Assembly (NCBI RefSeq): GCF_009914755.1
Contig: NC_060935.1
Source of the DNA: the human T2T-CHM13v2.0 reference genome, Homo sapiens
Reading direction: 5' to 3' (one strand)
DNA length: 64,000 bases
The notes beneath the pieces are model-generated. The model was not told the DNA's origin. It did not search any database and was given only the letters and a program-made list of their open reading frames with translations. Shown here in pieces: positions 1-11,049 of this stretch. Both the position numbers and the translations under genes were made by a program. The first letter of the stretch is position 1. Every line of letters starts with the position of its first letter.

Positions 1-164
1 GTCATCATCTAATTTTTGTATACTTTGAATTTGGTACCTTGTGCATATTTCTCATGCACAGGATGATTAATTTTTCGAAGAGTAAGAGTCTATCTAGTCC
101 AAAAAAAAGACAGTTGAACTAGCTATGTAATTCAAACAATTAAAATCATAAGTGCTCTCATTTT

Positions 165-375
165 CTGAGCAATTACTCTATATCAGCTTCTGTGCTAAGG
201 CTGCTTACTACATATTTTCCTCTGATTTTCTCCTCAAAGACATCCCATCAAGTAGATTTTACCGTCTTCCTTTTAGAAATGGGGCACTGTGACTCAAAGA
301 GTTTAGGAAAGTTGCCTGAGATTACACAATCTGCACGAGGCTAAACCAGGATTCAAATCCAGGTCAGACTAACTT
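165..375 (-). mobile_element. MIR SINE relic
   Basis: Reverse-strand MIR core-like sequence (ttttagaaatggggcactgtgactcaaagag...caggattcaaatccagg). Confidence 0.7.
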
Positions 376-781
376 TTTCCACTGGCCCCTGGGGGCTTCG
401 CATGGTCAAACATTCAATAAGACTGTGCCTCCCCCATTACTCTATCCCCAGAGCTTTACAGAGTGCTTGGCACACAGGAGGTGTCCCATATGTGCTGACT
501 GAATGATAAACAAAAAGCAAAACAGAGCAAGAGTGTAGTAATTTCCTTAAAGGAATTTTACACAGGTTGGAGCACCTTGGAATTGCAGGGTCACAGCCCA
601 CTGAGATTACCTGGAAGGCAACAACCTGAATTTGAGTAGCTACAGTTTGGTGTGATTGCTTAAAAAAAACTACTCACATTGTTTTGAATCACACCTCACA
701 AAGCCTCATTGCTTCAAAATGCCTTTCTGGTGGAAGATGATTTCAAACAAACCAAAGGATGTGATTTTCATTAAGCTACAC

Positions 782-1025
782 TTAAAAATAGCTGTTTTCC
801 AGATGGGATCATATGAATAAATAAATATCTCTTTTGTTTTATCTTCTGTTTTTTCTTCATGATTATTGGAAAAGTCCAACAACCTTGGTGATTCCTTTCA
901 GGGTGAATTTGGGACCCAAACAGTTAAGCAACCAGCCAATTTGCTTCCCTGCTGCCTCCCAGCCAAGGAGATGAATGGAATGCACATGAGGTCGCTTGGC
1001 AGGCATCCACATTCCTATGGGAATG
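782..1025. promoter_or_regulatory. Candidate MEF2/TEAD enhancer
   Basis: TTAAAAATAG (MEF2 consensus) at 782-791; MCAT/TEAD cores GGAATG 977-982, CATTCC 1010-1015 and GGAATG 1020-1025, all in repeat-free DNA. Confidence 0.4.
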
Positions 1026-2329
1026 CTGCAGCAGCCAGAGCTTTGGGACATGAAGAAGCAAATGTGTGGGAGTTATGGGGCAAACTGCAAACAATCCAAA
1101 GTCCCGAAAAAATGCATGGAGCCTCTTTGGCCCAAGGATGCTCTGCAGAACACCGGCAAAGACCCTGCCCTTGCTCAAATCAATGATAGAGGCAGGACTC
1201 GGCACTGCCCTGTTCTTTCTTACTGCTGCCAAGGCCTTGAATCGTACAGGCCACCTCCAGGACTACTGTGGATGTGAGCCATTAAAAGAAGCTCAACAAG
1301 GAGTTCCATTTCTTCAGCTGATCTTTATACTCGTTCCTTTTTCTCCCATACTCAAGGAAATTACCTTGAAGAATTTGGCTCACCCCCTTCTTCCTTCTAC
1401 CTTCCCCATCCCTGTCTTTGTCCTTCCCCATGAAAGAGGGCTTGAACCCAATGACATTTTCATTTTCTTCAACTATTTCCCTTGTGTCCTTTAAAATGCC
1501 CTCTAGGGACCAGGTGAGCTCACTCGAATTCTGCATTACAACTCCCTCCAGCTTTTAGAAAAGGCTACATCTGATCAACAATGATGGTGATATGGTGGAA
1601 GGTGGACTTTTCATTTAAAATTAGAAACCACGATCCTCACATATTTTCCCCCAAAGAGCAGTTCCTAAGTTTTTTGTCACCACATTAAAAAAAGAAGCTC
1701 AAGCCTAGAGTTGTCCAACCAACCAGAGGCCTCTGGGTCTCCCCCAAACATCTTTTGTGCTAGTCATGCTGAGAAATGCTTCCTACTGAGAGAAGGGAGC
1801 CCTGAGTTCTGTTTTACCTTCTCACTAAGGTGACTATGGTACATGGGAGTCATAGGCATTTTAGAAGCATTCCCTGTGGTGATTCTGGCTATGAAGACTG
1901 CTTTCTCTAGCGCCATTACACTAGACTATGGAGGAAACAGAGCCATTTGAAGCTATGGAGTTCTCTGTTTCATCACATCCCTAAGTTTTTGCAAAAAAAG
2001 AGATACATTTCCATTCCATCTACAAAGGCAAAGATAAACCAGCAAGTCACATGTTTTGTTAGCGAAGCCCTGCCTAATAAATTGCCCTTGAAGGCAAAAC
2101 TAGCAGTCTCTCCCAAGGCCAGCAAGCTAGGCTGAGAAGGCTATAAGGAAGGGATCGTTTTGGGGAGAAAGAGTAGTTTCTTAGGGAAGAAAAGGGGATC
2201 TTGGTTTTATTGGTCCTGCAAGGCACCAAAATCCTAGACACCCTTAGGACCAGAGCGAAAAGAATAAAGGGAATAAGATATCATGGGAATGACATTTCGC
2301 AGCTATTCAGTTGAAGTCATCTGCCTGGC

Positions 2330-2875
2330 CCATAATTCACCTTCCTCAGTAGCTGCGTTCCTTTGGCCACAAAAGTAGCTCCTGGCAGCAATATCTGTAT
2401 GTACGCCCTACTCCCTGACCCTGACAGATTGATCACTAGTGGATGTTGACCGACCCAAACAGACCAAATCAGATTCTGTCTCGCAGGAGTTCAGATTTGG
2501 GATCCAGATATGCTAGTTGTACCTGTTGGCCACTTGAACTGAAAAGATGTAATCTGGCAGCCATGGGGTGGCCACCTTCTGTCCTGTGGAGAAAGAGTCT
2601 GAAACTCCCTCTGCAGAGAGAGGAGAGGAATGAACTAACCAGGTGAACAGAAACAGAGAGAGACATCACACAGGGCCAGACAGAGGCTGAAAGACCCCAA
2701 GCCTGGTTCCGGAGGGCATCCTTGCTCAGGCCTGGTCACAGGATCAGCCCCTGGATTCTGCAATACTCATTTGTTCTTATAATAAATCCCCCCCACACAC
2801 ACACACCCTTTTTAAAATTAAGCTAATACAAGTGGGTTTCTGTTACTTGTAACTGAAAGAACATTGGCTACCACA
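2330..2875 (+). mobile_element. Old MaLR LTR (MLT1K/L-like)
   Basis: Typical MLT1 3' end: aataaatccc...aagctaatacaagtgggtttctgttacttgtaactgaaaga. Confidence 0.6.
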
Positions 2876-3195
2876 GCATAGGAAGGTCCACAGGCCAAGG
2901 TAGGCAAGGTTTGTATGGTCAAGTTGTCTACCTGGGCATCAGGGTGGGACTGCAACTGTCCATATCTGGTCTGGACCTCCCTCCTCCACAAAGCCCGAAG
3001 GGGTTAGCTGTTGTTGCCTTCTTACACAAGTCAGTCATATACATATTTCTCATAGCAAAGTTTCACATAATAAGAAGTAAATACAGAAGTGCCTTAGTTG
3101 GAAGTCCAAGTGTAACTAAAGAATAATAAAGTAAAAAGTCCCTTATCATCCTTACCCAATCATCAATCCTACCTCCAAGATAACCTTTGCTAATG

Positions 3196-3278
3196 CCATA
3201 CTTTATCCAATCTTAGATGCCATCACTTGTAAGACACATTCCAGTTTTGGAAACGTTAAAAGGTAACATGAGGTACAG
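3196..3278. mobile_element. Short Tc2-type MITE (MER104/Kanga-like)
   Basis: tcttagatgccatcacttgtaagacac is the reverse complement of the MER104-type terminus seen at ~28140. Confidence 0.45.
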
Positions 3279-3689
3279 TAGTATGTTGAGTATCCTTTCA
3301 AATATTTGTCTTGGCATTTCACATGTCCATAGTTTTGGGTAAAGCTATTCGTTTTTGTCATTCATAGACTCATTCCAAGAACACTGTTTTGCAACTGCCT
3401 TCTTAACATTTCTTGGAGTATTTTGCTTTTCGATAAAGGATTTTGTTCTATCTACCACGGTATCTCCAGTGCCAGGATAGGGCCTGTCACATTATAGGAA
3501 CTCAATAAAGAAAGGCTCAGCTAATCAATGACCAGTCTCTTTAATTCTTCTAATGCCTATATGGTCTTCAATAATATTTAACTTTTCCCCATTAAAGTAA
3601 TCATTTTGGTTACTTACTTCTTTTTAATCTTTATAAATAATGCTGTTGTGAACATCCTAGCTCCATTGTGTTTCTATGACCACAATAAT

Positions 3690-3920
3690 TCTCATTGAGT
3701 GTTTACTATGTTACAGTTGTTAATCTAAGTACTTTACATGTAGTCACTTTTTAAGTATTCACAACAGCCATCTGAGGTCGGAGCTATGATCATTCACACT
3801 TTTCAGATGACAAAGCTAAGAAAGAGGCTAAATAACTTGCAGCAACAGGGAATAAGTTAACAAGCAGGATTCAACAAGCAAGCAACCGTGCTCATAAGTC
3901 CAGGTTCTTACCACTGTGCT
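3690..3920 (-). mobile_element. MIR SINE inside old L1M fragments (3540-4640, - strand)
   Basis: cattgagtgtttactatg...ttttcagatgacaaagctaag...ttcttaccactgtgct. Confidence 0.65.
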
Positions 3921-5366
3921 CCTTTATCTGGATGAGTATCATGAAACTGACTTACTATGTTAGAAGGAAAGAACATTTCAATCCAAAAAAATGCTACATC
4001 AATTCAAATTCACCCTATTCGTATTTGACAGCACCAGCTTCTGAAACACCCTTGCCAATAACATATGTTATCAGCTTTTAAATAATTTAAAAACATAGGT
4101 AAAAAATTATTTTATTGTTCACTTAATTTGTATCTCCTGGTTAACTGGGACATTGAGCTTTTTTTCCATTGATTCTTGGCCATTTGTATTTTTCCTGTGA
4201 GTTGCCAGCTCATTTTCCTTGCTCATTATTTTTCTTTTGGGTTGTCTTTTAATTATTTTTTTGGAACACTGAACATTATTATAAATGTGACAAAAGTTTT
4301 ATCTCGGTTTCTTTGATATAGTCATTCAAAAGTTAAAAGAATTTGATACAGTCAAATTCATCAGTTTCGACACATGGCTTCTGAATTTTGTGTCCTTTTT
4401 CACCCACAATGATAAAGTATTCTATTTTTCCTTCTAACATTTTATTTTTATGTTAAACTCCATATTCCATCTGGAACCTGTCTGGATATGTAACTTGGGC
4501 TCTAACTTTTTAAATGGAGACCAAGTGTTCTCATCACTATTCTTTGATGTGCTATGCTTATCGCATTTTACATTCCCATAAACGTAAGAGTCTATTTCTA
4601 GACTTTCTATCAAGCTTCATTGTCCTAATTGTCTAGTCCTGTGCCATGACATTTATGTAAAGCACCAGGAACACAGTCGGCCATAATTAATGTCAGTTAT
4701 CTCCCTCACCTCTTCTTAACCTTTCTATATTTTTTTCCTTTCCACAGTTTCAACCTATAGAATCATACCTATGTTATTTTTCACCTATTTAGAATCTCTC
4801 ATCCTGAATTCTAGGGTAGTCATCTGACTATTCTCGTTTCTAATGAAATGAGATGATGGGGTCACTTGACCAAATCATTTTTATAGCTTTACAGCTATGT
4901 ATAATATGGCTTCCTCCCAATCCTATTAAACCAGCTAATCTTTCTTTATTGATCAGGATAAGAAACAAGGCTGAATTTCTTCAGGTTGCTTCTGAGGGTT
5001 CCCAGAGGTGAAATCACTTACAAAGCTGCTTGTCAATCATTCTGCTGTTGGCAGAGGTCTGAGGTTTTGGGAAAGGATCCAGAGAAATAGCCTCCCATCA
5101 CGGCTGTGTGCACCATCTGTGTCCTTTCCGTCAGCTGGGTCAGGATGCATCCTTTGGTCTCACTCAAGGCCATGTGGTCTGCTGCCCTTGCCCTTTCTCT
5201 CTTTACATAAAGGTGACTCTTCTGTCACCATATTCCAACCCAGTTCTGGTCTCCACAGTGCCAATAACACTATAAAACTTCTCAAGTAATAAACAATAAT
5301 CTCAGATCTGTTCTGCAAGTTACCAAATTTTCATGCATTGATGTTTGAATACTTAGGGCCATAATA

Positions 5367-6210
5367 CAGTAAGTCCTCACTTAACATCATCAATAGGTTT
5401 TTGGAAACTGCAAGTTTAAGTGAAACAACATGTAACAAAACCACTTTTACCACATATAAACAAGAGGTAAGTTCCTAGAGCATATTTGTGGTCCCCAAAA
5501 CATTACTAAACTTCTAAACAAAGACCCAAACACTTCTAATATTAAACATTGAAATAAGTGTGAGCTACATATACATTAAGAAAGGTTAATAAAAACAAGG
5601 TAATTGTTTACCCAATTTTTGGTAAATCAGCTAATGATGGTGGTCATAGTGGTGATGAGTTAAATCAAGAAATAAGTGCTTGCAAAGCAAAAATTGTCAG
5701 GAACACCTCCTCCCACCACATAGTTCGAAACCAACAATCACAAATATGGCAGGCTCGCAGAGCTTTTTTTGTGCTGCATTGTTTATTGTTATACATTTGT
5801 ATGATTATGGTAGGCTTGACGAATATTTATTTGACAATAATTGGTATTCATTTATTCATTCCTTTTCTAACCCATTTATTGCAGTTCAGGGTCACAGGTG
5901 GCCAGAGCCTATCCCAGCAGCTTAGGGTGGAAGACAGGAGCCAGCCCTGGAGGGGACATCATTCCCATCACAGAGCTCACTCACACACACATTCTTAAAA
6001 CCGGGATCATTTAGACATGCCGGTTCACCTAACAGGCACAATTCTGGGATGTGGGAGGAAACCAGAGTTCCCAGAAAAACCTCATACATATATGTGGAGA
6101 ATGTGTAAACCCCATACAGACAGTGGTCCCAGCAAGAGAGTAATTTTTTTTTCTCATCAACATTATAAGGAAATGAGTTGAAAGAAATGACATTATTCAA
6201 GGACCCGCTG
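5367..6210 (-). mobile_element. MER6 non-autonomous Tigger-family DNA transposon
   Basis: TA|CAGTAAGTCCTCACTTAACATC at one end and GACATTATTCAAGGACCCGCTG at the other (imperfect TIRs); ~845 bp; internal sequence matches recalled MER6. Confidence 0.85.
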
Positions 6211-6249
6211 CACTCTCTTCAACTACTGTCCTAACTGTTCCTCGATATA

Positions 6250-6485
6250 ACATATGTGGTTAAGAGCATGGCCCCTGAATCCAATCTGCTGGGTCTGAAT
6301 TCCAGCTCCCTCAAGGAACCAGCTGTGCAACTTCAAGCCTCGGTCAACCTCAGTTTCCTTATTTATAAAGTCAAGGTGGCAATGATAATGTACCCATCCT
6401 ATAGGGTTGTTGTAAAACTAAATGAATAATTGTAAAGGACTTAGAATACTGCTGATACGTTGTAAAGAACTCAAAGTGTTGGATG
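6250..6485 (+). mobile_element. MIR SINE
   Basis: gtggttaagagcatgg...cctcagtttccttatttataaa...atagggttgttgtaaaactaaatga. Confidence 0.8.
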
Positions 6486-7021
6486 AAATAAACAGGATGA
6501 CACATCAAGCCTTTCCTACACTTTCATTAATCTCCCCATCTCATTCCTTCTACTCTATATAACAATTGTTTGTTTCTCCCACCTTAAATTTTCATGTGAA
6601 GATAGTCTTTAAATATATCACCTAGGTTCAGAACATGGTTTTTTCATCCTCCGTAGATGTCCTGCAGACTTCGATAAGATGGATAATCTCATAGAAATAG
6701 CAGCAGCTGAAGTAACGATATTATTAAACAAAGAAATTTGAAGGTCTATGTGAAGAGAACTTTTTAATTCTCCTGAAGGATACAAAAGATGACTTGCCTC
6801 AGTGGCAAGACAAACCACATTCCTGAGTAGGAAGACTCAAAAGGATGCCAGTTGTCCCTGAGTTTATTTCTGTATTAACTCCATAAAAATACCAATAAGT
6901 TTTTTAGGACTAAACAAGGTAATTCTGAAGTTTGTGTGAAAGAAAAAAGCAAAAATATCCAGGAAAACTCTTAAAAAGACAAATGTGGAGGGAACTAAGA
7001 TTAGCAGATTTTTAAAAATTC

Positions 7022-7263
7022 TTCTTATTATTATTTGAGACAGGGTCTCTCTCTGTCACCCAGGCTGGAGTGCAGTGGCACCATCACTGCAGCCTCCAAC
7101 CTCCTGGGCTCAAAAGATGCTCCTACCTTGGCCCCCCAAGTATCTAGGACTACAGGTGGCCACCACACCTGGCTAACTTTTAAATTCTTTGTAGAGACAA
7201 GGTCTCGCTATATTGCACAGGCTGGTCTTGAATTCCTGGGCTTAAGCGATCCTCTCACTTTGG
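7022..7263 (-). mobile_element. AluJ (5'-incomplete)
   Basis: gagacagggtctctctctgtcacccaggctggagtgcagtgg; J-type ctcctgggctcaa. Confidence 0.85.
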
Positions 7264-7358
7264 TGACTTTGAAGTGACACCTCAAATCAGTGGTGAGAGA
7301 TAGACCATTCAAGTGATTGTATTAGAGGAGCTATGTAGTTATCGTGAAAAAATATATA

Positions 7359-7951
7359 CAGTTGATTCTCATGATTAGCAGTAGTTCTATAAAGATGCTG
7401 CAAACATGAATTAGTGAATACTGAATCATTGCTGCTAGTGGAAATGCTGGGTCCAGTTTCTTCAAGCCTCCGGTCACAACATTTTTTATCAACTGATTAA
7501 TCCATAACCTTGTTTATGTGTTTCTGTTAATGACACCTTAGTTAATATATATTGTTGATTCATTAACAATGAACTCATGGCCAACAGCACTGGAACTCAT
7601 GCCTGAACAAAGCTAATCTAACACATATATTTGCTCTGTAAGGCAGTTGGGAATACTAGATAACACTTCAGCACTATAATTAGGCACCAACAAACAGCAC
7701 AAAAATGTGAAAATGTCATACTAAATAGGCTGGAAGGAGCCCACTTGCTTATAGTACTAGAGAAGGCAGTGCATCACTTGTTCGACCTCAGCTAGGAACA
7801 CTCACATGTCACACAACTGAAATTTGTTGCCACTGCTTGTATCAAGAATGACTGCAAAAATACCATGAGTATAGATTCTGGGGTTATAAATACATTTTAG
7901 CAAGTAGGTGAATTCATAAATACAGAATCTGTGAATAATGAGAACAGACTG
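7359..7951. mobile_element. MER82-like Tigger-family DNA transposon
   Basis: TA|CAGTTGATTCTCATGATT ... AATAATGAGAACAGACTG|TA: TIRs with TA target duplication. Confidence 0.8.
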
Positions 7952-8556
7952 TAGTTAGACCCAAATTTCACACTATATACTAGAATAAATTACAAAAGAT
8001 CAAATCTTTAAGTGCGAAACAAAATGACCATAAAGTAGTAGAGAAAATAGTGGAGAACTTTCTTTATGACCTTGGAATGAGGGTAGAACTTGAATTAAAA
8101 CATAAAATCCAAAGGCCACAAATAAAGATAGTTAAATTTGACTGCAGTAAAAAAACAAAAACAAAAAAATGTTTTCAAGGCAAAAAAAAGTACTACAACC
8201 AAGGTCAAATCTAACTTATCAAATAATTAAAATGGCAAAAGATAAATGATGAGTCAGGAAAATATTTGCAATTTGTGTGACAGCAGAGGGATAATCTCCC
8301 TAGAATGTTAAATGTCCTGGACATAGACAAGAAACACACAAAAAACCTAGTAGAAAAACTGAACTAAAGATATGATGAATTCACAGAATACATAAACAGT
8401 TCACAAAACATATATAAAAGGCTCAACTTTATTCTTAATAAGAGTAATGCAGACTAAAGCTATATTTAGGTATTATTTCTCAGTTATAATGGCAGAAATC
8501 CAAAAGATTTCAGAATGATGTAATAATGCTGATATGAAGTAGTATATTCTTTCATA

Positions 8557-8588
<32 letters not shown>

Positions 8589-8870
8589 GAGGTGGAGTCT
8601 TGCTCTGTCGCCCAGGCTGGAGTGCAATGGCGTGCTCTTGGCTCACTGCAACCTCTGCCTCCCGGGGTTCAAGCGATTCTCCCACCTCAGCCTCCCAAGT
8701 AGCTGGGATTACAGGTACCCGCCATCACGCCCGGCTAACTTTTGTATTTTTAATAGAGATGGTGTTTCACCATGTTGGCCAGGCTGGTCTTGAACTCCCA
8801 GCCTCAGGTGATCTGCCTGCCTCAGCCTCCCAAAGTACTGGGATTACAGGCATGACCCACCGTGCCCAGT
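8557..8870 (-). mobile_element. AluS (Sx-like) with (TA)n in its tail
   Basis: Full dimer; near-TSD ttctttcata 8547-8556 / tcctttcata 8871-8880. Confidence 0.92.
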
Positions 8871-8979
8871 TCCTTTCATACATTTCTATCAGGAGTTTTA
8901 ATTGGTGCCATCCCTATAGATGATAAATTGGCAATAATTATCAGAATTCAAACACATATAGCCTTTTTCTGTGAAACGT

Positions 8980-9318
8980 ATTTCAATTTTAAAATTATTT
9001 ATTGATACATAATAGATGTAAATATTTTCAGGGTACATATGCTATTTTGATACATTCATATAATGTGTAAAGATCAAGTCAGGGTAATTGAGACATCTAT
9101 CACCTTAAATATTTATCTTTCCTTTATACTAGGAGCATCTGAATTATTCTCTTCTAGCTATTTGGAAATATACAATAGAATATTGTCAACTGTAGTCACC
9201 CTACTAATCTATTGAACAGTAGGTCTTATTTCTTCTATCCAATTATATATTTGGACCCATTAATCAACATCTCTTCATTCCCCCAACCCCCAACTCCCTA
9301 ACTCTTCTCAGCCTCTTG
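8980..9318 (-). mobile_element. L1MA 3' UTR fragment
   Basis: gatacataatagatgta...aactgtagtcaccctac...acccattaatcaac matches L1MA 3' end. Confidence 0.75.
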
Positions 9319-9481
9319 TCAGTATAAACTTTTACCCAGAAATTTATCTTAAGGATTTATCCTATACAGGCATACCTCAGAGATGCTATGGGTTCTGTTC
9401 CAGATACCACAATAAAGCGAATGTTGCAATAAAGTGAATCAATTTTTTTTGGTTTCCTACTGCATATACAAGTTATGTTTA

Positions 9482-9782
9482 GGGGAGGCACAGCTCATGC
9501 CTGTAATCCCAGCATTTTGGGAGGCTGAGGGGGGAGGATTCCTTGAAGCCAGCAGTTCACGACCAGCCTGGGAAACCCAGTGAGACCTTGTTGCCACAAA
9601 ATTTTAAAAATTAGCTGGGCGTGGTAGTGCATGCCTATAATCCTAGTTATTCAAGAGACTGAGGTGGAAGGATTGCTTGAGCTCAGGAATTCAAGGCTAT
9701 GTGAGTTATGATTACACCACTACATTCCAGCCTGGGCAACAGAGCAAGATCCTGTCTTAAAAAAAATAAAACAAAATAAAAA
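9482..9782 (+). mobile_element. AluJ inserted in Tigger1
   Basis: Dimeric Alu with A tail; near-TSD aagttatgttt / aagtatgttt. Confidence 0.9.
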
Positions 9783-10755
9783 GTATGTTTGCACTACACT
9801 GTAGTCTAAGTGTGCAATAGTATTATGTCTAAAAATGTACATAGTTAATTTTAAAATATTTTATTGCCAAACAATGCTAATGATCATCTGAGCCTCCAGC
9901 AATTTGTAATATTTTTGCTGGTGGAGGATCTTGCCTCCATGTTGATGGCTGCTGACTGATCAGGGTGGGTGGGGTTTGCTGAATTGAGGTGGCTGTGGCA
10001 ATTTCTGAAAATAAGACAATAAAATTTGCTGCTCAGTGGACTCTTTCTTCCATGAAAGATTTCTCTGTAGCATACAATGCTGTTTGATAGCATTTTGCCC
10101 TCAGAATTTCTTTCAAAATTGGAGTCAATCCTCTCAAATCCTACCACTGTTTTATCAACTAAGTTTATGTAATATTCTATACCCTTTGATATAATTTCCA
10201 CAATGTTCATAGCATCTTCACCAGGAGTAGATCCCATGTCAAGAAACTACTTTCTTTGCTCATCCATAAGAAGCAACTCCCCATTCATTCAAGTTTTATC
10301 ATGATATTGTAGCAATTCAGTCATATTTTCAGGCTCCATTTCTAATTCTAGTTCCCTTGCTAGCTCTACCACATCTGCAGTTACTTCTACTAAAGTCTTG
10401 AACTCCTCAAACTCATCCACAAGGACTGGAATCAACTTCTTCCAAATTCCTATTCATGTTGGTATTTTAACCTCCTCCCACAAATCATGAATCTTCTTGA
10501 TAGCATCTAGAATGGTGAATCCTTTCCTGAAGATTTTCAATTTACTTTGCCCAGCTCCATCAAAGGACTCATTCTCTATGACAGCTATAGCCTTACAAAA
10601 TGTATTTCTTAAATTAAGTCTTGAAAGTCAAAATTACTCCTTGATCTAGAATGTAGAATGGATGTTGTGCTAACAGTCACGAAAACGGTTTTAATCTCCT
10701 GTACATCTCCATCAGAACTCTGAGGTGACCAGGGGCATTGTCAATGAGCAGTACT

Positions 10756-11049
10756 TTCTTTTCCCCAAAAATGGAATCTCACTTCGTCACCCAAGATGGC
10801 GTGCTATGGTGCAATCTCAGCTCACTGCAACCTCCACCTCCTGGGCTCAAGAAATCCTCCCATCTCAGCCTCTCAAGTAACCAGGACTACAGGCACACAC
10901 CACCACACCAAGTTAATTTTTGTATTTTTTGTAGAGATGTGTTTCATCATGATGCCCAGGTTGGTTTCAAACTCCTGGGCTCAAGGGATCTGCCCATCTT
11001 AGCCTCCCCCAAGTGCTGGGATTACAGGTGTAAGCCACCACACCTGGCA
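10756..11049 (-). mobile_element. AluJb-like element inserted in Tigger1
   Basis: TSD gagcagtact at 10746-10755 and 11050-11059. Confidence 0.9.

Noticed and set aside
863-1536. Cluster of overlapping 60-140 aa ORFs as a protein-coding gene
   Set aside because: No recognisable domain, several start at non-ATG codons, and they overlap on both strands; I cannot support a CDS
6625-6720. Possible small coding exon (open frame GSEHGFFILRRCPADFDKMDNLIEIAAAE, 3 CpGs)
   Set aside because: Weak splice sites and no recognisable homology
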